Made by a program: the position numbers and the translations under genes
Shown here: positions 36,185 through 47,100 of the stretch, piece after piece
Numbering within the stretch: the first letter of the stretch is position 1
Layout: every line of letters begins with the position of its first letter
Origin: a virus
Length of the DNA stretch: 64,000 nt
IMG/VR virus record: IMGVR_UViG_3300002144_000620
Location: 32,001 to 96,000 of that record
Direction: 5' to 3' (one strand)
The notes under the pieces: generated by a model
Database searches by the model: none
What the model was told of the DNA's origin: nothing
Seen by the model: the letters and a program-made list of their open reading frames with translations, nothing else

Positions 36185-39100
36185 TAATGAATATAAAAAC
36201 AATTTCTTTTGTATTTATAGTTAAGGAATATATAGTAAATTTAATATATGGCACAAGGTGATTTTTTTAGTGATTTAAGTAATGCGGCTGATAAGTTAAA
36301 TCAAGCTGCTAAAGACGGTGTGATCAATAACTCAACCCAAGAGCAACAGATGGAACGTATGTTAGAAATGTACGAAGCTATAAACGCTAAAAAAGCCGCT
36401 GGATTCAAATGGGATTTAAAATCAGAAACAATTGGTGCTAACATCAGACGCTGGGGTAAAGGAATGGTTGATGACGCCAACAAGCTAAAAAAAGCTAAAA
36501 AGGGTTTAGTGATACAACAAAAAAGTATTAATAAACTTAATGATCTTGAGCTTAAATTAATAAAAGAGGGTAAAAAAGAAACTGCTGAGTTAGTAAAAAA
36601 GAAGAAAGAACAAGCTGTATTAGAAAAAGAAATATCTCAAGTTAATCTTAATGTTGCCAAAAGTGCTAGTAGTAAACTAGGTAGCGTTATGGCTGGCTTT
36701 AGTAACTTCGGTAAAAGCGCTATGAACCTTTTTAGTCCACTAAGTGGTATTTTTAGTTTTATATTAGGTACGGTTTTCTCAATAGGTAAATCACTATTCA
36801 ACATATTATTACCAATAGAAAAAGCATGGAAAATGTTTCTCGAAATGCAGAAAGCTGTTGGAGGCCTATCTGCTGATATTGGTTTAACCAATAAAGAGTA
36901 CATGGGTCTATTAAGTAGAATGCCTATGTTATATAGCGATATTGCTGGATATGGTGGTAAAATAGAAGATATAGCAACTATTATCGGTACTTTTAGTAAA
37001 AATACTGGTAAAAACCGATTATTCTCAAACGAAGAAATTGAAGGTATTGTTAAATTAGGTTATAGTACTGGACTAGGCGTTGATGGTGTAACCGAAATGG
37101 TTGGTGAATTTGATAACTTAGGTTATTCATTAGAACAAACAATGAAAACAGCTGACAAGGGTAGAAAACTTGCCGCTAAATTCAGTATTAATCAAACTAA
37201 GTTACTCAAAACAACAACAGATGTTGTTAAAAATTTAACAGGAACAGCCTTTGGTAGAAGTGTTGAAGATTTAACTAAATTATCAGCTAAAGCACAATCA
37301 TTAAGGTTTAATTTAGCTGAGTCAATTAAATCTTTTAAAGATTCGTTCTTTAGCCCAGAAAAAGCTATTGAGGCGGCAGCTAAAATACAGGTACTAGGTG
37401 GTGAAATGGCGCAACAATTTGGGGACCCTTTCTCATTAATGTATGATTCAATGAATAACGCTGATGGCATGGCCGAGAAATTGATTAATAGTGCTAAAAA
37501 TTTGGCTACAAAAAATAAAAACAATGAATTTATAATACCACCAGCACAAAGACAAATATTAAGAGAACAAGCTGAAGCCTTAGGTCAAAATTATGATGAG
37601 ATTGTTAATGCTGGTATAGAGCAAGCTAGAACAGCCGATAAGTTAATATCGTTAAGTAAAGCATCTGGTTCATTAACCAATTTTAATGATGATGACCAAC
37701 AAGCGTTAGCTAATCTAATGACATTAGGTAAAAACGGTTACGAGATTAAAATGCCTAACGGTATTAGTAAATTAGTTAGTACCATAACCAGCGAAGATCA
37801 ATTAAAAAACATATTATCAGCTAGACAAGCTAATGAAAATGCAGCGCAAGAAAGACTAAACTTATCTGAAAGATTCAGTATTGTATTGGATAGATTCGCA
37901 ATAGGTTTAACACCCTTATTCGTTGATTCCCAAAAAGATTATAAAGTTCAGAATATCGAGAAAGCTAATGATTTAATTTACCATAGTAGCGGTTCTATAG
38001 AAAAAGGCGCTAAAGGGGACGCTAAATCATATATAGATGAACTTGCTGGGGGTAAATCAAATAGTTACAGTAAAGCAAATAGTTTTAATCTAGTATTATC
38101 TGGTAAGATTATTAATAAATATAGAGAAGGTTTTTATGATAAAAACACTCACAATACCACCATAACTTCGTCTAAAATGGTATTAAAACAAATGATAGCT
38201 AATTTAGCTTAATAATGAATATAAAAACAATTTCTTTTGTATTTATAGTTAAGGAATATATAGTAAATTTAATATATGGCACAAGGTGATTTTTTTAGTG
38301 ATTTAAGTAATGCGGCTGATAAGTTAAATCAAGCTGCTAAAGACGGTGTGATCAATAACTCAACCCAAGAGCAACAGATGGAACGTATGTTAGAAATGTA
38401 CGAAGCTATAAACGCTAAAAAAGCCGCTGGATTCAAATGGGATTTAAAATCAGAAACAATTGGTGCTAACATCAGACGCTGGGGTAAAGGAATGGTTGAT
38501 GACGCCAACAAGCTAAAAAAAGCTAAAAAGGGTTTAGTGATACAACAAAAAAGTATTAATAAACTTAATGATCTTGAGCTTAAATTAATAAAAGAGGGTA
38601 AAAAAGAAACTGCTGAGTTAGTAAAAAAGAAGAAAGAACAAGCTGTATTAGAAAAAGAAATATCTCAAGTTAATCTTAATGTTGCCAAAAGTGCTAGTAG
38701 TAAACTAGGTAGCGTTATGGCTGGCTTTAGTAACTTCGGTAAAAGCGCTATGAACCTTTTTAGTCCACTAAGTGGTATTTTTAGTTTTATATTAGGTACG
38801 GTTTTCTCAATAGGTAAATCACTATTCAACATATTATTACCAATAGAAAAAGCATGGAAAATGTTTCTCGAAATGCAGAAAGCTGTTGGAGGCCTATCTG
38901 CTGATATTGGTTTAACCAATAAAGAGTACATGGGTCTATTAAGTAGAATGCCTATGTTATATAGCGATATTGCTGGATATGGTGGTAAAATAGAAGATAT
39001 AGCAACTATTATCGGTACTTTTAGTAAAAATACTGGTAAAAACCGATTATTCTCAAACGAAGAAATTGAAGGTATTGTTAAATTAGGTTATAGTACTGGA

Positions 39101-39952
39101 CTAGGTGTTGATGGTGTAACCGAAATGGTTGGTGAATTTGATAACTTAGGTTATTCATTAGAACAAACAATGAAAACAGCTGACAAGGGTAGAAAACTTG
39201 CCGCTAAATTCAGTATTAATCAAACTAAGTTACTCAAAACAACAACAGATGTTGTTAAAAATTTAACAGGAACAGCCTTTGGTAGAAGTGTTGAAGATTT
39301 AACTAAATTATCAGCTAAAGCACAATCATTAAGGTTTAATTTAGCTGAGTCAATTAAATCTTTTAAAGATTCGTTCTTTAGCCCAGAAAAAGCTATTGAG
39401 GCGGCAGCTAAAATACAGGTACTAGGTGGTGAAATGGCGCAACAATTTGGGGACCCTTTCTCATTAATGTATGATTCAATGAATAACGCTGATGGCATGG
39501 CCGAGAAATTGATTAATAGTGCTAAAAATTTGGCTACAAAAAATAAAAACAATGAATTTATAATACCACCAGCACAAAGACAAATATTAAGAGAACAAGC
39601 TGAAGCCTTAGGTCAAAATTATGATGAGATTGTTAATGCTGGTATAGAGCAAGCTAGAACAGCCGATAAGTTAATATCGTTAAGTAAAGCATCTGGTTCA
39701 TTAACCAATTTTAATGATGATGACCAACAAGCGTTAGCTAATCTAATGACATTAGGTAAAAACGGTTACGAGATTAAAATGCCTAACGGTATTAGTAAAT
39801 TAGTTAGTACCATAACCAGCGAAGATCAATTAAAAAACATATTATCAGCTAGACAAGCTAATGAAAATGCAGCGCAAGAAAGACTAAACTTATCTGAAAG
39901 ATTCAGTATTGTATTGGATAGATTCGCAATAGGTTTAACACCCTTATTCGTT
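35895..39952. repeat. 2,028-bp in-frame tandem duplication (35895-37924 matches 37923-39952)
   Basis: Constant offset of 2028; junction at TT (37923-37924); 9 substitutions found by eye, all synonymous. Confidence 0.97.
36248..38212 (+). CDS. Chimeric short tape-measure-like protein (TMP2 aa 1-559 plus the last 95 aa of TMP1)
   Basis: Identical to 38276..41077 up to LTPLFV, then DSQKDYK...IANLA identical to the end of 33536..36184. Confidence 0.8.
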   Translation: MAQGDFFSDLSNAADKLNQAAKDGVINNSTQEQQMERMLEMYEAINAKKAAGFKWDLKSETIGANIRRWGKGMVDDANKLKKAKKGLVIQQKSINKLNDLELKLIKEGKKETAELVKKKKEQAVLEKEISQVNLNVAKSASSKLGSVMAGFSNFGKSAMNLFSPLSGIFSFILGTVFSIGKSLFNILLPIEKAWKMFLEMQKAVGGLSADIGLTNKEYMGLLSRMPMLYSDIAGYGGKIEDIATIIGTFSKNTGKNRLFSNEEIEGIVKLGYSTGLGVDGVTEMVGEFDNLGYSLEQTMKTADKGRKLAAKFSINQTKLLKTTTDVVKNLTGTAFGRSVEDLTKLSAKAQSLRFNLAESIKSFKDSFFSPEKAIEAAAKIQVLGGEMAQQFGDPFSLMYDSMNNADGMAEKLINSAKNLATKNKNNEFIIPPAQRQILREQAEALGQNYDEIVNAGIEQARTADKLISLSKASGSLTNFNDDDQQALANLMTLGKNGYEIKMPNGISKLVSTITSEDQLKNILSARQANENAAQERLNLSERFSIVLDRFAIGLTPLFVDSQKDYKVQNIEKANDLIYHSSGSIEKGAKGDAKSYIDELAGGKSNSYSKANSFNLVLSGKIINKYREGFYDKNTHNTTITSSKMVLKQMIANLA

Positions 39953-41077
39953 AAATTAAATGAGTTTTTAGCTGATACAGGTACCCTACAAAAAATAGAG
40001 GATTTAGGTAGAGCAATATCAACACAAATGATACCATTTATTGAAGGTATTTTTACACCAGGAGGTACTGTTGATACGGGTTTAAGGTTTTTCTTAAACG
40101 ATTTTGATAAATTTTTAGTTGATGCTAAAAAAATGATGGATGGTAAGGGTGACTTCTTTACTAAAATAAAAGGTGTGTTTACAACAATGGTTAAATTTGT
40201 AGTGGACACAATATTACCATACGTACAGTATATATTTGGTAATATACTGACAGCAATGAAAGATATACCAGGTATTGGAGATGCTATGAATGTCGCTGGT
40301 CAACAACTTATAGCCAAATCATTCCAAGTTGGAAAAGATGCTGAAGGGAAACCAACTTACAATAAAGGTACTGTCGGAATGGCTGGAGGATCTACAGAAG
40401 CTAACAAACTAATAGATGTGGCTAAAAAAAATCTAACCGAATCAGAGAGTAGTAATAATTTTTTTACCAGAGCTGGTAGTTCAATTTTAAATTTACTTGA
40501 AGGTACAGCTAACAGTATAGTGGCTGGAGGTGGTGAGTATATGAATGCCGTTTACGGAACAGCCTTCGATACTGAAGGTGCTCAAAGCGCAGCTAGAATA
40601 GCATTGGAATTATCTGGAGCTCAAATTGTCGATGCTTTTGGTGGTGTTTTTTCTAAAGGTTTGGATAAAAATTCATTTGAGATGGACGCCAGAGATAGGA
40701 TGAGAGTTGACGAAGGGTATAATGCGTCAGCAGATGACCACCTTAAACACATAGGTGTTCAAGATGCTATGCTTTATTCCGATGGTAGATTAATTAAAGG
40801 TAGTAAAGGTGATGCTATTGCTTTTATAGACGAAATGGCTTACGGTAAAGCACATAGTCAATCTTCTAACAATAATTCATCAACAATGACTGTTAACGTA
40901 TCTGGTACTATCGAACACGATACACCTAATGGCACAAAAACTATAACAGCTAAACAATTATACGATTCAGATCCACAAATGTTTGGTGAGTTTATCTCAT
41001 CAACAATAGCTAAACGTGATTATGGTAGTGGTAATTATATCGTTGATTTTGGTGTAACACCTGTCAATGATATATGA
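38276..41077 (+). CDS. Tape-measure-like protein 2 (paralog of TMP1)
   Basis: Collinear motifs shared with TMP1 (DLKSETIG, KNRLFS, FGDPFSLM, KGSKGDA..IDE). Confidence 0.75.
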   Translation: MAQGDFFSDLSNAADKLNQAAKDGVINNSTQEQQMERMLEMYEAINAKKAAGFKWDLKSETIGANIRRWGKGMVDDANKLKKAKKGLVIQQKSINKLNDLELKLIKEGKKETAELVKKKKEQAVLEKEISQVNLNVAKSASSKLGSVMAGFSNFGKSAMNLFSPLSGIFSFILGTVFSIGKSLFNILLPIEKAWKMFLEMQKAVGGLSADIGLTNKEYMGLLSRMPMLYSDIAGYGGKIEDIATIIGTFSKNTGKNRLFSNEEIEGIVKLGYSTGLGVDGVTEMVGEFDNLGYSLEQTMKTADKGRKLAAKFSINQTKLLKTTTDVVKNLTGTAFGRSVEDLTKLSAKAQSLRFNLAESIKSFKDSFFSPEKAIEAAAKIQVLGGEMAQQFGDPFSLMYDSMNNADGMAEKLINSAKNLATKNKNNEFIIPPAQRQILREQAEALGQNYDEIVNAGIEQARTADKLISLSKASGSLTNFNDDDQQALANLMTLGKNGYEIKMPNGISKLVSTITSEDQLKNILSARQANENAAQERLNLSERFSIVLDRFAIGLTPLFVKLNEFLADTGTLQKIEDLGRAISTQMIPFIEGIFTPGGTVDTGLRFFLNDFDKFLVDAKKMMDGKGDFFTKIKGVFTTMVKFVVDTILPYVQYIFGNILTAMKDIPGIGDAMNVAGQQLIAKSFQVGKDAEGKPTYNKGTVGMAGGSTEANKLIDVAKKNLTESESSNNFFTRAGSSILNLLEGTANSIVAGGGEYMNAVYGTAFDTEGAQSAARIALELSGAQIVDAFGGVFSKGLDKNSFEMDARDRMRVDEGYNASADDHLKHIGVQDAMLYSDGRLIKGSKGDAIAFIDEMAYGKAHSQSSNNNSSTMTVNVSGTIEHDTPNGTKTITAKQLYDSDPQMFGEFISSTIAKRDYGSGNYIVDFGVTPVNDI

Positions 41078-41108
41078 TAAAAAAATTAATTAAAAGTATT
41101 TATAAAAT

Positions 41109-44100
41109 ATGAGTCTTAATAGTATTTCAGAAGAATTCAGAAATGAAATTCTAAATTTAAACTTACAGTCACCACCTGACATTGTAACTGGTTTAGTTAA
41201 CTTAACTAATTCGGTAACAATTAATGCATACCTAAGTTCTTTAGGTCAATACGCTGTTATACACGATTATAAAGTACTTAATCCAGGTGATGTTGATACT
41301 GATGGTATACCAACAAGAAACGCTAATTTCAGTAGAACATTAAACACGCCAACTGATATATCAAATGGTTTAAGTGATTTAACCTCTAACCAGCAATATG
41401 TTGCTAATATAGTTAATAGTAAGGGTCAATTAACTGTTATAAATGATTACGCAAACACTAATCCTAGTGATGTTTTAACAGAAGCTGTAACACCTAGAAC
41501 AACCGATATATTAAAAAACTTAAATACACCAATAGATATTACAACAGGTCTAAATGACTTATCACCAAATGCCGCTATAGCGTCACAGTATTTATCTGGT
41601 AGAGGTTCGTTTAGTATTATAAACGATTTTAACGTAATTAATCCTGGTGACGTATTAACAGACGCTATAGCACCAAGAAATTTAGATATAGCAAAAAACT
41701 TAAACACACCAATAGATATCACAACAGGTATAAATGATTTATCACCAAATGGCACTATAGCATCACAATATTTATCAGGTAGAGGCTCATTTAGTATTAT
41801 AAACGATTTTAACGTAATTAATCCTGGTGATGTATTAACAGACGCTATAGCACCAAGAACATTAGATTTCTCTAGAAACCTAAATACACCAACAGACATA
41901 ACAGCTGGTGTAAACGATTTAACACCAAACACATTACTAGCGGCCCAATATTTATCAGGCAGAGGTTCATTTAGTGTTATAAACGATTTTATTGTTAATA
42001 ACCCTGGAGATGTATTAACAGACGCTGTAACACCAAGAACTTTAAACTTCTTACAAACACTTAATACACCTACCGATATAACAACAGGTGTAAATACACT
42101 AAGCGGTGCTTATGCCGCCCAATACTTATCTGGAAAAGGAGCGTTCACTGCTATAAACACATTTCCAAATGTTAATCCTGGTGATGTATTAACAGATGCA
42201 GTAACACCAAGAAATTTAAACTTTTCTCACGGACTAAATACACCAACCGACATCACAACAGGTATAAACACCTTAAGTGGTGCGTTTGCAGCACAATACT
42301 TATCTGGACGAGGAGCGTTTACAGTTATTAACGATTACATTAATACTAATCCAGGTGACGTTGTTAACGCAGCCACAGCACCTAGAGCATTAAACTTTTC
42401 ACATACTTTAAACACACCTTTAGATATAACAGTAGGTGTAAATACCTTAAGTGGTTCATTTGCAGCCCAATACTTATCAGGTAAAGGTTTAGGTACAGTA
42501 ATTAACGATTTCATTAATGTAAACCCTGGTGATACCGTAACGGACGCATTAGTACCCAGAACATTAAATTTAAATAAAAACCTTAATACACCTCTAGATA
42601 TCACAACAGGGTTACTTAACTTAAGTGGTTCATTTGCAGCACAATATTTAGCTGGTAGAGGTTTTGATACGATAGTAAATGATTTTAACGTAATTAATCC
42701 AGGTGATGTTGAAACAGAAGCCCTATTACCAAGAACGTTAAATTTAAGTATGACTCTAACAACACCTTTAGATATTACAACAGGTATAGGTACTTTAACA
42801 GCTAACGGTACTTTAACAGCACAATATTTAGCTGGTAGAGGTACACCAACAGTAATAAACGTTTTACCGAATGTAAATCCTGGTGATGTTCAAACTAATG
42901 CTGGACCATTGAGAATAAGTTTATTTTCTTTAAATCTGGTACCAGACCCTAATGACGCAACAGATTCATACACTTTAGCGAATCCAGGTACAGTAGCAAT
43001 CGGATCTGATACGATAATAAATAATTTTACTGTAAATAACCAAGAGGAATTAACACCTTTACAATTACAGTACTTAAATGCTAATTCTAAAAATCTATAC
43101 CAGCCAGAAAATCCAGTTGTTTACGATATATTAGCTGATTTAATATTAAATCAATCACCCAATACACAGCAAAATCCTTATGTAACTGAAGATATGTTAA
43201 AAAACGCTGACCCAACTCAATTGGTTTTAGCTGATTTCCTTAACTTACCAACAGCTTCAACACCTCTAAGCGTTTTACTCGGTACCGATTTAAATTTAGC
43301 TAATTTATTAACCGAACCTGGTATAAAAAATGATACTCTATTAGCTCAAATAGGTGCTTTAGAGCTCAAGTTTCATTTAGAAGCTAGGCTTGCCGCTAAA
43401 TTAGCTTCGGAGACCTTAGGTTGGACTACAATCGATGATATGTTAACTAACCCATTAAAGATAGCAGAAGCGCTTAAAAACCCATCTTCTGTCCTTGAAA
43501 GAGGTAATGCTGATATAACAACATTTAAAGGTGGTTTAGGTAAGTTAGCTAGTTTTATTTCTGACGTTAGCGGTTTAGGTGGTTTATCTTCCGCATTCTT
43601 TAAAGACGATTCAGTTTTATTAAAACCAACTGGAGTCGAAGATTATGATTCAGACCAAAAGTTAAGGAATAGAGATATCGATAGATTGGAAGAAACTGGT
43701 AAAGGTCAAAGATTCATGGCTTTTTCTAATTTAACGTTAAATAAATATATACCAGACTATGTCAGCCAATTAACAAACATTAGTGGTAGTAGAACATACA
43801 AAAGATTAAGAAAAGGACAAGGTGAAAACCATGAAGAAGACAAATCGTATTTAGGTAATGCCACCCAAAGAATATTCGACCTACTTACAGATGGGTCTGG
43901 TAATCAGGTTAAACCAACCGCTGAGATAACTAAACTTTTAATAGAAAATAACAAATATTCAGAACCTGGTGTTGAAAATGTATCATCATACGGATCGTTA
44001 CAAACATCTTTTATATGGCGAGGCACTACAGAAGAAAGATACTGGAACCCTTTAACAGGTGGATATACAAAAGATAACAAAAATGACGATAGAGCTACTT

Positions 44101-47100
44101 TTAAATGGAATAAAAACTTAGAACAAAGTAATCTATCAGTATCGAAAACATTCCGTGATAATTCAATAATGGGTAAAACACAAGAATTATTGAATTCTAG
44201 TGAAAACAATGTTATGTTAAGGTCAATCGATCAAACAAAAACAAAATTTAGTGATGGGTATAATTTTGCGTCAAAAGGTAGTGGTGTTATATCACCATTT
44301 AAAAAATCTAGATTAAATACAAATAACGAAGTTATTGGTTATGATTATTTAGTACCAGGGTTAGACATATCTGGTAAAAGAGATGAACAAAGAATGTACG
44401 ATGAAGTTGAACTTTGTAGAACATGGACAAAAGCTAAACCATTCTCAAAAGTAACTGATTTAATTAGATGGAAAGAATTAAATAGAAAAGAAAGAAATTC
44501 GGTATTAGATAGATATGGTAATCTAAACATACACCCATCAGCACTAAACGTAAATGAAGGTTACGGTAGACTAGGTGATGGGTTAGGCGATGCTGTTGTT
44601 GAAGGCTTCGGTGAGAAAAGAGCTAGAAAATATATGTTTTCATTAGAGAATTTAGCCTGGAGAGACGCAACACTATTTAAAGACTTACCACCATGTGAAA
44701 AAGGTTCAAATGGCGGTAGAGTTATGTGGTTCCCACCATACAACATGAGATTTACCGATGACACCAATACTAATTGGACTACACATCAATTTTTAGGTAG
44801 ACCAGAACCAATATATACTTACAATAACACCGAAAGAAGCGGCACTTTATCTTGGGATATAGTTGTCGATCACCCATCGGTATTGAATTTATTGGTATCT
44901 AAAGAATTCGCATCAATAACGGATGGAGAGGTTGATGAATTATTAGCCGCTTTCTGGTCAGGTTGTTTAGAATATGATATATTTGAATTAGCTAGAATAT
45001 GGGGTGTATTTACCGATTCAGACATCGAATACTTTAAAAAAGTTATAGCTGACCTAGATATTAGATTACCTAACGAAAAAGTTAGGAATGCAGTTAAGAG
45101 CAGCGGTTCGTTTAAAAGTAAAACTGTTCAAATAGAATCAAACGAAACTATTCAACCGTTTATACCAGATTTTAACCTTTTCTTTGAAAACGATACACCT
45201 CTACCAAAGAGTGGTTATAAAACTACCGATGATTTTAAGGTAGAACCTTTTAACACTTATTTCGAAACATATAGAAAGTTAGCTAGTATGGAAGATGAAA
45301 ATGCCCCTATAGCAAAAGAAAATCATAGATACAAAAGAGCTGAAGCGAGAGGTGAATCTGTTCCTGTAGAAGCTAAATGGATTAGATATGATCAAACTAT
45401 AGGTACTAAGAGTAATACGGATCAACATTATTTCTTCGAAAAAGATAGAGAAAAGTTTATTTCAAAAGCATTTGGTTATGATGAACAATACGAAAAGATT
45501 CAAACTGATATATCAAATCTAACAGCATCAACATACGCTGCTGTTAAAGACTATAATCTTTCGGTAATCATGGAGGCTCACGCATCCCCAACAGCACCAG
45601 GACCAACAACAACAGCGATTCAAGAGTACAATGATAAACTAGCCTCTAGAAGATTCGTATCTGTTGTAAAATGGTTGGTTTTAAATGTTTTATCTAACAA
45701 TTCTAACAGTACAATTAAATGCTATAACATAACTGATGGTGCTGAAATAACAGAATCAAATATTAATAAGTTATTTAATGATGACCTAGAATTATCAAGT
45801 AACGTTGAGATACAAAGAGGTGATATCAACGAACCTAGTGTTAGACAAAAAATAACATTTACAGTAACAGCTGCCTCAGGTCTAACAACAGATGATGTAT
45901 TTGGATCAGATGAGTTTATAAATCTTTTTGGTACACCTAGTGTGGATAACGTGACAGGTGTTCAATATTACAAAGTATCTTATGGTAACGACACGTATTA
46001 CGCTGTTGCAACAAAAGACGAATTCGATAAAATAAAAGACAATTTTAAACCAAATGGTACTTTAATTGATAAGAAATTCATTGGTACATTTCTATCTGTT
46101 AGATCCAAAACGGGTGGTGGTGTAACAGGGGTTAAATTGACACAAGCTGATATTATATGTGGTAATTTATCACCACAAGCATCATATTCTAGACGTGTTT
46201 CTTTTATTACAGAGTTAGATGAAAAAGAACTTAAAATTGAAAGAACACCACCTAAAAACGAGCAACCACCTTTAATACTTGAAAGTAAAAATGTACAGAC
46301 TAACGTAACTAAAAGAGAGATAGCACAAAGAATTCTAGGTAAATTACTTACGGAATGTGATTATTTTGAATTCTTATCAGAAGAGGCACCGATTGTATAT
46401 GACAGTTTAAAACAAAAATTAAAATATTTTACACCAGCATTTCACTCAATGACACCAGAGGGTTTAAACGCTAGATTAACATTTTTACAACAATGTATGA
46501 GACCTGGTGAAACCATAACAAAAAGTAATGGTACTAGTTGTGATGCTAAAAATAGTAGTTTTGGTAGACCACCAGTTTGTGTATTAAGGATAGGTGACTT
46601 CTACCACACTAAAATTATTATTAATAACCTTAACATTAGTTACGACCCATTATTATTCGATTTAAATCCAGAAGGTATAGGTGTACAACCTATGTTAGCT
46701 AAAGTTAGTATTAATTTTAAATATATAGGTGGTCAAGGTCTTAGAAGATATGTCGATGAATTACAGACAGCTTTGTCATTTAACTATTATGCAAATACTG
46801 ACGTATACGATGAAAGAACATTTGCCAATACAGATGCTAGAGAAAGAGATTTAATAAATCTAGAACAAGATTTCTTTGCACAAAATAGTTTAGATTTAAT
46901 ACCTATTGTAAACCAAGCTGAACTCATAACACCAAGTACAGAAAACTTAGAAATACCAGTTGGTACAATAGGTGTTATAAGTACCAGACTCTTACCTAAA
47001 TTAGCTGGGGGTACTTATTATAATGATTTGGTTGGTGCAACACCATTTAGTTCTAACGTATCTTCATATAATCCAGAATCTTGTGTTACATGGCAAGGAC

